DNA of 35,633 nucleotides from an uncultured Thermococci archaeon (GTDB lineage: Archaea; CAYQAE01; CAYVLA01): the NCBI GenBank assembly GCA_964549615.1, contig CAZJVP010000016.1, positions 1 through 35,633 of the forward strand. Direction: 5' to 3'. How positions within the stretch are numbered: the stretch's first letter is position 1; each line of letters starts with the position of its first letter. Below the pieces are notes generated by a model. That model made no database searches. It was not told the DNA's origin and worked only from the letters and a program-made list of their open reading frames with translations. The position numbers were made by a program, and so were the translations under genes. Positions 8,949 through 18,382 of this stretch are shown here, one piece after another.

Positions 8949-9400
8949 CTATGCAAGCCTAGTGTTGGCGACGCCCTGGATAGTTTCCTTCGAAGAATGA
9001 GGCCGTAGAGGGCCAGACCTGCAAGTAGGCTTGTCGCAGTGACTGCAGGCCACTCGGCGACGTATACCCACAGCAATGCCTGGTTCTTCAGATCAATCGC
9101 GATTCCCGAATATCGGGAAGGGAGCCCCGAGCTTTTCTTACCTCGACCAGGGCCCCCTCCCATTGTCCAGGTGAACCGGCTTTGGGCTCCGGTCGCTGCG
9201 CCTCTTCTCTTCGAGAATCCTGTGGCTGTTTGCTCGAAGCACTCCGCGAAGTGGAGGAGGGCGGCCATTATCCGAGGCTTCGCACTGGTACAGGTGGAGG
9301 CCTTGCTTCATGTGGTTGATCAGCACGGCGTCCCGAGAAGGTTCTCGCCTAGGAGGGGCAGCACGATGTTCATGAATATGTCCAAGCCCATATCTCTGGT
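8949..9400 (-). pseudogene. Frameshifted, 5'-truncated paralog of the 11615..12856 membrane-anchored protein
   Basis: Collinear matches in shifting frames: GLDIFMNIV/ALDVFMNML, LLHFAECF/LADFADRF, ANSHRILEE/ANMNVIYDE, AIDLKNQALLWVYVAEW/AIRLKNRALLWTYVIEW, NTRLA*/RTRLAR*. Confidence 0.85.
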
Positions 9401-9763
9401 ATGAGTGTCTAGCTATGGGATCAAGCCTTGCGCGGCGTATCGCCTCGAACCCTTACTATTTTAGCTGTCAGGCTTCATGGGACTCTTGCTCGAGTTTCTA
9501 TCAAGAGATAAGCTCAAAAAAAGGACGCCAAACGAGCCCCACTCTGGACGGTCTCGAGGATCGACCTGGTCGAATACGGATCTGACCAAGTTTTGGCGGA
9601 GATCGATCCGTTGCCAGCAAATCCTCGTATAGCTGCCAGGATAGGATCGCTCGTCGAGCGGACTTTAGATCCCAGACTCATGCGCAAGATTTTTTAGGTC
9701 TTGTGTCTCGCGCCGCGAGCCCAAATGGGCGATGATAAACGCACACGGAGTTGGCGACCTAGT

Positions 9764-11260
9764 ATGGTGAAGAAACCACTGATCGCAATTCTGATCGTAT
9801 GCAGCATAATTGCGGAGACTTGGGCAATACAGCAGCTCCAGGTCAAATGGACATTCAATGCGAGCGCTCAGTTCCCTGGCAAGGTCTTCGGCGCAAACTT
9901 CCAAGCAGGTATCACCGTGTTCGACATCGACGCCGATGGAAAGAATGAGGTCATCTTCGGCACCAGAACCGGAGACAGCAAGAGAATATGGTGCACGGAC
10001 CAGTCAGGAAGACTGAAATGGGTCTTTCCGCCGATCTACGAAAGCGGCTATCCTGGAGATCCGCAGACCAAGGTATCCATTGTGGACGTGAACAATGACG
10101 GCAAGTATGAGCTGGCGATTGCTGGCAGGGGAGCGAAACTCCACGTTCTCAAGTCCGACGGCTCGCTCATGTGGTACTGGAATAACACATACCAGAGATC
10201 AATGCGCGGCGCCCCACAGGCCTACGATGTCGATGGTGACGGGTATGTCGAGTTTTTCCTCAACGACGATGGTGGTCAGATCTATCGCGTCAGCCACGAT
10301 GGCAACTTGGTCTGGCAGTCGGTGGCTGTCGCAGGAGGCAACAGATGTCATCCGACCGTAGCGGACATCGACAGGGACGGAGAGTACGAGGTGCTTGTGG
10401 CTTCCCAGGACAATAACCTGTACTGCCTGAGATCGAGCACCGGGGAGGAGAAATGGAGATTCGACACCGGAGCTAGAATGCAGGCGAACCCCGTGATCGT
10501 GGCCGATGTCAACAAGGACGGAGAGTACGAGGCAATCGTATGGAACGACGCCCCGGTGAATTCCGTTTTCGCAGTGAGCTTCTTCGGCACCGAGATCTGG
10601 AGATGGATCCCCCCAAGAGAAGGAAGCATACAGCTCTGCCAGGCGATGGGCGATATCGATGGGGACGGCAACTACGAAATGGCAATAATGTCTGCTTCAG
10701 GCCTCTACCTGATAAGCATCGCTGGATCAGGCCCGAGACTAAGATGGGAACTTAACCTGTCGTACTGGATTGAGCAAGGGGTCCTGCCTGCCGGAGCGGT
10801 CCCGAACTCGCTCTCATCGTATCAGCTGATTGCCGACATCAACGGTGACGACAAACAAGAAATCCTCTGGCTTGCACCCTATCCCATAGTAACGGACGCA
10901 GCTACCGGCCAACCCATAGCCTACTACATAAACGAACACCTGAGGCTCAAGAAGAACCAGGAGAGTGGTGGCTGGTGGGGAGATGTCGATAACGACGGCA
11001 AGTCTGAATGGATCGTCGAACTGGTGGGCAACACCGACGCACAAACTCAACTCTACTGCGTAACCATGAACGGCAAGTTCCCAGCCAAATCCCCGTGGCC
11101 CGAGTACTACCACTCAGCCTACCCGGCCAAGCACCAACAGAGCCAGACATGGCTCACTCTCAAAGCGGCCTACTCGAACTCCCTCTGGTTCCCCATGCCC
11201 GAAGTACTTCTCTGGCCCCTCCTAGCAGCGCTCAGTGCGTACCTCCTCCATAGACGATAG
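9764..11260 (+). CDS. Secreted FG-GAP/VCBS-repeat beta-propeller protein with C-terminal anchor
   Basis: Signal peptide MVKKPLIAILIVC; eight DxDxDG-like repeats (DIDADGKNE, DVNNDGKYE, DVDGDGYVE, DIDRDGEYE, DVNKDGEYE, DIDGDGNYE, DINGDDKQE, DVDNDGKSE); ends MPE + TM + HRR. Confidence 0.88.
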   Translation: MVKKPLIAILIVCSIIAETWAIQQLQVKWTFNASAQFPGKVFGANFQAGITVFDIDADGKNEVIFGTRTGDSKRIWCTDQSGRLKWVFPPIYESGYPGDPQTKVSIVDVNNDGKYELAIAGRGAKLHVLKSDGSLMWYWNNTYQRSMRGAPQAYDVDGDGYVEFFLNDDGGQIYRVSHDGNLVWQSVAVAGGNRCHPTVADIDRDGEYEVLVASQDNNLYCLRSSTGEEKWRFDTGARMQANPVIVADVNKDGEYEAIVWNDAPVNSVFAVSFFGTEIWRWIPPREGSIQLCQAMGDIDGDGNYEMAIMSASGLYLISIAGSGPRLRWELNLSYWIEQGVLPAGAVPNSLSSYQLIADINGDDKQEILWLAPYPIVTDAATGQPIAYYINEHLRLKKNQESGGWWGDVDNDGKSEWIVELVGNTDAQTQLYCVTMNGKFPAKSPWPEYYHSAYPAKHQQSQTWLTLKAAYSNSLWFPMPEVLLWPLLAALSAYLLHRR

Positions 11261-11271
11261 CAGAAACCGCA

Positions 11272-11297
11272 GCTTTTCTCCTTCTTTTTTTCTTTTC
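11272..11297 (+). terminator. Oligo-T archaeal-type terminator
   Basis: Pyrimidine-only tract with several T runs (longest 8 T) starting about 12 nt after the stop of 9764..11260. Confidence 0.65.
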
Positions 11298-11614
11298 CCT
11301 CTCATCTCATCTTATCGATCCGTGTCAGCTTTAAGTCTTGGCGCAGTCCCTGCTCGATGGAACACGGCATTTGTCGCTGCGATGTCTACCGTACTCAGCG
11401 ACGCTGATCACCGCAAACTGCGCATTAGGGCCCGAGCTGCGCACGAGAGGTCTGTTCATCCAGCGCGCAACCATGTCCCTTTCTCCGAAACAACGGAAAC
11501 AACTCGCTCATCCATAAAGCCCCAGACGTCGTGCCCCAGGTTGCGTGTCCGACCGTACGATTAACGAATTCTCCCTTCCCGTCATTTCGCATGACGGACG
11601 TAGAGCCTAGCGGC

Positions 11615-12856
11615 TCACCTTGCCAGGCGTGTGCGAGCAGCTTCGCGGAACAGCCTCCGCTGCACCATCACGATATAGATAAACTCACCCGAGATGATCA
11701 GAGTCGACAGAACGACGAACCACTCGATGACATACGTCCATAGGAGTGCACGGTTCTTCAGCCGGATGGCATGCTCGACAGTCGCCAACAGCATCTCCTT
11801 GGCCTCCCTGAGAAGGTCCAGAGACCCATCATATTGCTGTGCGAGATAGGCCTCCCTTCCCCTGTCCCTGACCATGTCAGCATCCCGGATCTCGTCATAG
11901 ATGACGTTCATGTTCGCCCCAAACCTATCCGCAAAATCGGCCAAGGTGAACAGGGAAGCTTTTGTATCCTCGTAGTCCATGAAAGCCTTCCTGGCCGCGT
12001 GGACCAGAAGGATGTCGCTGGGCATATCCGTTCCCATCGAGTAGTGCAGCATGTTCATGAAGACGTCCAAAGCGAAAGGATTGCCTCCCATGTTGGGATC
12101 TCGAAAGAACCACCACGCGTAGGTCATCCCGATATTGTTGGACCAGGTCTCCGCCTTGCCGCAGGTCCAGGAAATGAGGAAAGGGGGATCGTCCTTTCCG
12201 TCGATCGATCTTGCCCATATCTTCGCCCCCTCCTTGGCGATCATCAGATATGAGTGGGTCACCCGAATGTTGTCCATTCCAAGAGGTATGAACATCTTGA
12301 GCACGGGGGCTAGATAGGGATCCTCGTTGATCTTGATCCGTCCCCCGCGCCCAAAGGGATAGACCCTCCACTGGTCGAAAATCTCCTCCGATGCCTTTGA
12401 CGGGAATATCTCGCTTAGCCTAGAGTTGATCCACCCGAAGTTCGGTACCAATCCTTGGTTCGTGACGCCACCGATCGCAACATAGCCCCCGAGGCCCTCA
12501 ATCTCTATCGATCGCGCCAGATCATCTATCTGGCCGGGAGTCAGGAAATCCATGAACATGTGCTCAAAGACTATGAAATCGTGCTGGATCAACTCCTGAT
12601 AGGTACGAGGAAAGTACATTCTCATCAGCTTAATCCCTGCAGTTTTGTCCGGTGTCGCCATCCCGGATGAAGAGGTCATCCCCCATCCGCAAGGGATGAG
12701 AGTGAGGTTGAGCATGGGCTCTGCTTTGGACCAAGACACAAGAGGATTCATCCAAGGTGCGACTCCCCCCATGCAAAGAACGGTCACTCTGCATTCCCCA
12801 GGGACTATGCTCAAGGGCATGAAGCACGAGAGCATGAAAATTGCAACGGCCCGCAT
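11615..12856 (-). CDS. Secreted, C-terminally anchored hypothetical protein, possibly with a class I glutamine amidotransferase-like fold
   Basis: Signal peptide MRAVAIFMLSCF; FPRTYQEL..HDFIVF, GLGGYVAIGG and PFLISWTCGKA resemble GATase1-like domains; helical linker and C-terminal TM LLWTYVIEW... Confidence 0.7.
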   Translation of the reverse strand: MRAVAIFMLSCFMPLSIVPGECRVTVLCMGGVAPWMNPLVSWSKAEPMLNLTLIPCGWGMTSSSGMATPDKTAGIKLMRMYFPRTYQELIQHDFIVFEHMFMDFLTPGQIDDLARSIEIEGLGGYVAIGGVTNQGLVPNFGWINSRLSEIFPSKASEEIFDQWRVYPFGRGGRIKINEDPYLAPVLKMFIPLGMDNIRVTHSYLMIAKEGAKIWARSIDGKDDPPFLISWTCGKAETWSNNIGMTYAWWFFRDPNMGGNPFALDVFMNMLHYSMGTDMPSDILLVHAARKAFMDYEDTKASLFTLADFADRFGANMNVIYDEIRDADMVRDRGREAYLAQQYDGSLDLLREAKEMLLATVEHAIRLKNRALLWTYVIEWFVVLSTLIISGEFIYIVMVQRRLFREAARTRLAR

Positions 12857-12878
12857 GTTCGCGGCGGCCGACCTGGAG

Positions 12879-12897
12879 CGCAGAAATATCTTTCGGG
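12879..12897 (-). promoter_or_regulatory. BRE + TATA candidate
   Basis: CCGAAAGATATTTC about 28 nt upstream of ATG 12856; the same 14-mer occurs at 35162-35175. Confidence 0.55.
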
Positions 12898-13078
12898 GCT
12901 GACCTGGACCAAAAATTCTAACGGAGAGATCGCGGCTAAGCACGGGTGCAATGCCGCACGCCTGGGATCAGATTCCAAACAGGCATCGAGGGCGTAATGA
13001 ACCTGATCGCTTCCGCCGATTGCCAGATTCGTCGAGGCCCCCATTGTCTCGCTTCGCTGACGGCGCATCCGCGCCCAG

Positions 13079-15715
13079 CTAGCCCAGACGGTAGGTAATC
13101 TTAACCAGGCAGTCCTTCGGCACACGAAGCTTCTCGTCGAACTCCACGATGAGATCCCCTGCATCATCGATCCTGCTCTGGAAATCCCCAGCCTCGACTC
13201 CCTCCATCCCGACCTCGAGGACCTCTTTGCGCCCTCCTCCTTTTAGGAGAAGTCTCTTGACGTCAAAATCGCTCTCAAGGAGAAGCTCCAGTTCGACTGC
13301 GAACTCCCTGCCCTCGGACTCCCTGTAACGGGCAGTTCCCCAGAAAGCCCCTGTCACAATCGGGGTCAGAAAGCCAGATTTCCATCCGTCGGGAATGTTG
13401 GGCCTGAACCCGAGGACGCCTGCCCTTACGTCAACGTGGAATCCCTGCAGTGCCCAAAGGGCATGCCATATAGACCCGGAGTTCATGTACCTGTCTCCCC
13501 TCGGCCTCTGGTCTGCGGAAAGCCCCAGCGGCTGGTCCCATATCATCCCGTATCTCTCGTAGAGCAGATCGTGAACGCCCTTGATCGACGAGAGCCCGAG
13601 TTCCACGTAGCCCATCTGGATTGCGAGGGATCCAAACTGGCCGACGCTGAAGCCAGGCCAGTTGGAGTTCACAAGCTCGCTTTGGCGGATCAACACGCCA
13701 TCCTCCGACACCTTCAGCTTCAGCAGCCTTTCCATGGTCTCGATCGCTCTCCTCACCCGGGCCGGATCGTTCACTGGGCCCTCGTTGAGGAATGAAGAGT
13801 ACCAGCTGCCGGCAAGCTGATCGTCCCTGCACTGATCGTTCCTCGGGTTCTCCTTCTTCTTCAAGAACCTCGGATCCTCGTCCTTGAGCTGCTCCTCGGT
13901 TCGCGTGTCCCTCTGCTCGGTGCACATTATGTAGTGGCCCTTCTTCTCGCTCCACAGCTTACTCTCGAAGCTCGCCTTCGCCGAGGCGAACATCTTCTCG
14001 TACCTTGCCGCCTCGGACTCCTCGCCCATCAGACGGGCGACCTTGGGCATGACCTTGAGGGCAGCCAACCAGAGGCCGCCGTCGTAGGAGTTTGCGCCGA
14101 AAAAGCCGCCCTCGAATGTGTTGCAGTTTCCGTATCCCTCCGGGAGGTCGTCACCGTCCCTGTCGAGGGCCTTCTCCCTCTCCATCGCCTCCTTCATCTT
14201 GTAGTATATCTCCTTGAGGCTGTCCAGGTTTCCAGTGTAAAGGTAGTTCCGCCAACACAGCAGGACGAACTTGGGGTTGAGATCGATCCAGTTGTATCCG
14301 TAGTTGTTCAGGAAGTCCATCCTGTTGTTCCCGAAATCGTGGTAGATCTGTCCCTTGAACTTGCCCAGCTTCTCGTACATCCTGTCCGAGAACTCGGCAT
14401 ACATCATAAGCTCCCGGTGGTCAAGGTCTGGGCAGAAAAGCAGCGTCATTGGGGATCCGTAGAACCTTTGGTCGAGGGTCCCCAGACAGGGGCAGTTGGG
14501 CGACTCTAGTATGGTGAACCTTCCGTCCTTGGTGTATGTCATGTTCGTGGAAAGGACGTAGTTCTGGTTGATCAGCATCTCCTGAAACCAGGGGGGAAGG
14601 GTGCTGTCAAGTATGAGATCCTGCCAAGACTCGACCGCCTCAAGATACTCGTCCACGAGCTCAAGATTCCTTCGAAGGACGTCGGCGGAGGAGCTGTAGA
14701 AGTTCGCATACCAATGCCCCATCTTCTTGCCCGCATGGTCGTAGGGAGTTGCGACTCGGCTCGCTATCTCGCCCGACCCAAACCCCCATCGATCGGGGGT
14801 GAACCAGCTCAGGCCAAAGACCATCCTGGTGCTCTCGCCCTTCCAGAGCGAAAACCTTGCGCCGACGACCGCGGCGTACTGGCCCTTGCGGTTCTGCACC
14901 CTGTTGGGTAGACTCCCGGACTTCGAAAGCTCCCTGAAAAGCCTATCCACCTCGGCCTTGCTGTGAGGGTTGTACTGGTAGGTGAACCTTTCCGAGAAGG
15001 ATTCGACGACGATCGAGTAGTCGCCGTACGCGAAGTCGGCAACCTCGGGGTGGCTCCTGCGGTGTTTGAAACGGACGCCGCCTGCAGCGGGCGAAACGCC
15101 GATCTCCTCCGCCCAGCCGCGATCATCCGAGAAATGCGGTTCCGTAGGCGGCACGAAGCTGTCCCACGTCGTCTTCGATCCCCAGCAACCATTCACGTCC
15201 TCCCACGAGAAACAGACGCTGCCCTCCACCTTGCCCTGCGAAACGTTCTCCACCTCGAAGATGAGATAGACGATGGGCAGGCTGAAGGCATGAGGTAGCC
15301 TGGGGATGATCGGCGAGAACGCAGTAAGACGAACCCTCAGTGGAAGGTCCTTGACCAGGTACTCCACGATACACCTCGGGTACAGCCCCCTGTAGCGGAT
15401 CTCACCCCTCTCGATCAGCAGTTCGGGCGGGACGATTTTGGAGCTCGCCTGCAGAACCTTCGTCTTGCCCGACCCACCCCACCTTGCGGACACTGCAAGG
15501 AAAGTCCCGGGCATTTCATCGATGGGGAAGACGTTGTTGTTGTTGATCGTGAAGTGACGGAAAGCTCCGTCTGGGCAGATCTCGATCTTCCCTGTGCCTA
15601 TGCCCCCCAAGGGTACGCCGCAGATCTGTTTGGGATTGTTCGGGTCAAACTCAACCAGTTTGACCGAGCCAGCGGGATTCTCCAGGTACTGCTCATACAC
15701 TCTTTCCCTTTCCAT
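13079..15715 (-). CDS. GH116 family glycoside hydrolase (GBA2-like beta-glucosidase/glucosylceramidase)
   Basis: GVPLGGIGTGKIE...GAFRHFTI, AFSPIIP, SLP, LESPNC..GTLD, WIDLNPKFVL, NTFE, WLAAL, DQLAG; no signal peptide. Confidence 0.9.
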   Translation of the reverse strand: MERERVYEQYLENPAGSVKLVEFDPNNPKQICGVPLGGIGTGKIEICPDGAFRHFTINNNNVFPIDEMPGTFLAVSARWGGSGKTKVLQASSKIVPPELLIERGEIRYRGLYPRCIVEYLVKDLPLRVRLTAFSPIIPRLPHAFSLPIVYLIFEVENVSQGKVEGSVCFSWEDVNGCWGSKTTWDSFVPPTEPHFSDDRGWAEEIGVSPAAGGVRFKHRRSHPEVADFAYGDYSIVVESFSERFTYQYNPHSKAEVDRLFRELSKSGSLPNRVQNRKGQYAAVVGARFSLWKGESTRMVFGLSWFTPDRWGFGSGEIASRVATPYDHAGKKMGHWYANFYSSSADVLRRNLELVDEYLEAVESWQDLILDSTLPPWFQEMLINQNYVLSTNMTYTKDGRFTILESPNCPCLGTLDQRFYGSPMTLLFCPDLDHRELMMYAEFSDRMYEKLGKFKGQIYHDFGNNRMDFLNNYGYNWIDLNPKFVLLCWRNYLYTGNLDSLKEIYYKMKEAMEREKALDRDGDDLPEGYGNCNTFEGGFFGANSYDGGLWLAALKVMPKVARLMGEESEAARYEKMFASAKASFESKLWSEKKGHYIMCTEQRDTRTEEQLKDEDPRFLKKKENPRNDQCRDDQLAGSWYSSFLNEGPVNDPARVRRAIETMERLLKLKVSEDGVLIRQSELVNSNWPGFSVGQFGSLAIQMGYVELGLSSIKGVHDLLYERYGMIWDQPLGLSADQRPRGDRYMNSGSIWHALWALQGFHVDVRAGVLGFRPNIPDGWKSGFLTPIVTGAFWGTARYRESEGREFAVELELLLESDFDVKRLLLKGGGRKEVLEVGMEGVEAGDFQSRIDDAGDLIVEFDEKLRVPKDCLVKITYRLG

Positions 15716-16029
15716 GATGGTGCCTCTGGCCCGAAGAATCTCCCCCGGATGAAAAATGTGTGCTGCTATGATGATTGGCCCGGATCACACCAGCCCAAAG
15801 CCTCTTGCAGCCTCCCTTGCCCACAACCGTGGTTTGCGGAAAATTCGCGGGCGATTGCCGCTCTGGAGAAGATCAGCACGCGCAGGTAGCAGGCCCCAAA
15901 CGGCAAAGTCCCTGCCTCGAGCTGCAGGGAGCTATTGCTTGCAGAGCTTTCCTGCGCGCTGACCTGAACCCGGCCGGCCCCCTTGTCCAAGAAACGGCCG
16001 CTGCCACGGGTTCCGGCCAACCCTGCAAC

Positions 16030-17154
16030 CTAGAGGTATCTCCCGAACTCTCTGCCGGCCGACACGAACATCCTCTGGTTGGCGTACAACCTGCTTGAGA
16101 TGCGAGCGATCGGCTCAGCCGTCGGAAAGAGAACGTAGCCGCCGCCGGCGCCAGCCTGCATGATGGCGGATCGAACCTTCTCGCGGATGTTCTCCGGCCG
16201 GTCGAATTCCAAATCGTTGTACTGGATGTAACCCATGAGACAGATCCTGTCCCCAATGCGGTCCTTCAGCTCTGCAAGCGTGATGTTTCCCTGCGGAGGC
16301 GGCTCAATCGGTTCCAGGGCATGGGGACCGATCGTGCGAATCCCCTCCACGACATCGCCTATCCGCCCGTGGCAGTGGATCACCGCGATGTTGTCCGTCC
16401 TTTTGATGATGCGGACGATTCGCCTGTCGTACGGGACAACGTACTCGTAGAACAGCTCGGGCGGCAAGATCGGGGGAGTCACGTATTCCGGGCCCACGAT
16501 TCGGAAGAACACGTCGCTGGTCTGCTCAGCCACTTGCCTGGTGTAATCGTCCGTCCGCGTCGCGAAGAACCTCAGAAGCCTCCTCATCAACCTCTTATTG
16601 CGGAAGGCCGTCAGGGCGAAATCCCGGAGGGTGAAGAGCCCCGCGCAGGAGCATATGGGATCAGCTATTCCGGTGGCCACGACCCCCCGGTCCTTGAGGG
16701 CCACCTGGGCCTCCTTGAGCGGGGAGGCGTCCACATCAGGCGGCTCGTAGGGTATGGAGAGTATCTTCTCCACGTCCTCTTCCGACTTCACGAAGCCCTC
16801 GTACACCCAGCTCGTGTTGATGCCTCTTTCGGACTTCCTCCTTGCCTGAAGGGTTCCAAGCGGGGTTGAGAGCGTATCGCAGTGGTAATAGTACCTCCCC
16901 CGTCTGCGCGTCTCGGTCTTGATCTGCGCCTCATCGGTTGACGAGTAGAATATGCCGGGCGCCTTGGGAGCTTTCGGGAGAATGATGTCCGTCTCGTTTC
17001 TGACCAGTTCGTGGAACCGACGATATCCGAGCCGCTTCCGGCTCTGGTCCAGTTCGGCGAACGGATCGATGTATGAGAACGTCAAGGGGACCCGGTCAGG
17101 TTCCTCCACATGGAAGGCGCACATGAACCGCTCGAAGGAGCTCATCCGTGCCAA
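16030..17154 (-). CDS. Uroporphyrinogen decarboxylase/MtaA-fold family protein
   Basis: SFERF..EEPDRVP, LPPELFYEYVVPY, IHCHG, ALEPIEP, RICLMG, GGGYVL. Start is TTG 17154 or ATG 17145. Confidence 0.85.
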   Translation of the reverse strand: MARMSSFERFMCAFHVEEPDRVPLTFSYIDPFAELDQSRKRLGYRRFHELVRNETDIILPKAPKAPGIFYSSTDEAQIKTETRRRGRYYYHCDTLSTPLGTLQARRKSERGINTSWVYEGFVKSEEDVEKILSIPYEPPDVDASPLKEAQVALKDRGVVATGIADPICSCAGLFTLRDFALTAFRNKRLMRRLLRFFATRTDDYTRQVAEQTSDVFFRIVGPEYVTPPILPPELFYEYVVPYDRRIVRIIKRTDNIAVIHCHGRIGDVVEGIRTIGPHALEPIEPPPQGNITLAELKDRIGDRICLMGYIQYNDLEFDRPENIREKVRSAIMQAGAGGGYVLFPTAEPIARISSRLYANQRMFVSAGREFGRYL

Positions 17155-17292
17155 CTTGTTCCTCCGGCCGACGCCCCGCGCTATGGTTGAAATCTCTCAT
17201 CCCCAGCAAACAGAGGCTTGTGTCCCGTCATCACCCGAACAGATCGCCACCAGAGAACGAATATATCAGTCAGCTCCCGACTGCCGGCCCTC

Positions 17293-18330
17293 ATGGCGAA
17301 AGGTAGCTGCTACGGATCGGAGCGGAGAGTCTTCGAGGATGAGGAGACGGGCGTCAGGATCGTAAGGGTAAGCGGCTTCCCCACGATCAACCACCACGTC
17401 TACATGCACTCCCGGTGCTTCACGTACGACTCGCGCGACGTGGTCTTCTATTCCTACAGGCGAATGGAGAGGGATTCGCCCAGGGACATATTCGCCGCGT
17501 CTGTGGACGGAATGAACCTGCGCCAGCTTACAGAGACCCAGGGCGTGGGATGGATGAACTGCAGCCCAGTCGATAGGTCGGTCTTTTACTCCTGCGGCGA
17601 CACCCTCCGCAAGGTCGACGTTGACAACTTCGAGGAGAAAACCGTTGCAAGGTCTCCGCCGGGACTGTCGTTCGGGATGTTCTCCCTGAGCGGCGATGGA
17701 AAGAAGGTTCTTTCCGTCGCAAACGTGAAGGGAGAGGGCGTCCTGTTTGCGGCGGACCTCGTCCGGGAGTCGATCGAGGAGGTCTATCGCCACCCTAGGG
17801 TCGTGGGGCATCTTCAACTGGAGCCTGTATCGTCGCGATGGGCCCTCTTCACCGACAGCCACCCGTCGAAGCCCGGGCTGAGGATATGGTGCATCCGGCC
17901 CGACGGGACGGATCCAAGGACGATATACGAGGGTTCCCATGGAAATTCGTCGCACATGGTCTGGCTGCCGGGCCACGATGCCGCCATCAGCACCCTCCAA
18001 CACCCCGACCCCGGGATCGTCAAGATCGGGCTTGACGGCAGCATCCAGCTGTTGACCGATGCCCAGTTCTTCTGGCACGCCGGCGCCAGCCTGGACGGCA
18101 CCATGCTCTGCTCCGACACATTCGTCCCCGACACGGGCATGTACCTGGTCAACGCTTCCAGCGGCGCTTGCAGAAGATTGTGCTTCCCCAGAACGAAGGC
18201 GGCCCATCCACAGTGGACCCACCCGCATCCAGCATGGAGTCCGGACGGCAAGATGGTGCTGTTCACCTCCGACCGCGACGGGGCGTCCCACGTCTTCGTG
18301 GTCAATGTCCCAAACGAGATGCGGCCGTAG
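17293..18330 (+). CDS. Oligogalacturonate lyase (Ogl)/TolB-like beta-propeller protein
   Basis: DEETGVRIVRVS, HHVY, His residues in successive blades (GH, SH, WH), THPHPAWSPDGKMVLFTSD; TATA-like AATATAT at 17260-17266. Confidence 0.78.
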   Translation: MAKGSCYGSERRVFEDEETGVRIVRVSGFPTINHHVYMHSRCFTYDSRDVVFYSYRRMERDSPRDIFAASVDGMNLRQLTETQGVGWMNCSPVDRSVFYSCGDTLRKVDVDNFEEKTVARSPPGLSFGMFSLSGDGKKVLSVANVKGEGVLFAADLVRESIEEVYRHPRVVGHLQLEPVSSRWALFTDSHPSKPGLRIWCIRPDGTDPRTIYEGSHGNSSHMVWLPGHDAAISTLQHPDPGIVKIGLDGSIQLLTDAQFFWHAGASLDGTMLCSDTFVPDTGMYLVNASSGACRRLCFPRTKAAHPQWTHPHPAWSPDGKMVLFTSDRDGASHVFVVNVPNEMRP

Positions 18331-18350
18331 AGAACCGCCCCCTTGCTGCC

Positions 18351-18360
18351 ATTAATAAGA
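18351..18360 (+). promoter_or_regulatory. TATA box candidate
   Basis: ATTAATAAGA about 25 nt upstream of ATG 18383, the spacing expected for a leaderless or short-leader transcript. Confidence 0.5.
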
Positions 18361-18382
18361 GGGCGAGAGGGCCCTCGAAGCC

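Noticed and set aside
11300-11610. Small gene or pseudogene in the spacer
   Set aside because: No recognisable protein similarity in the frames examined.
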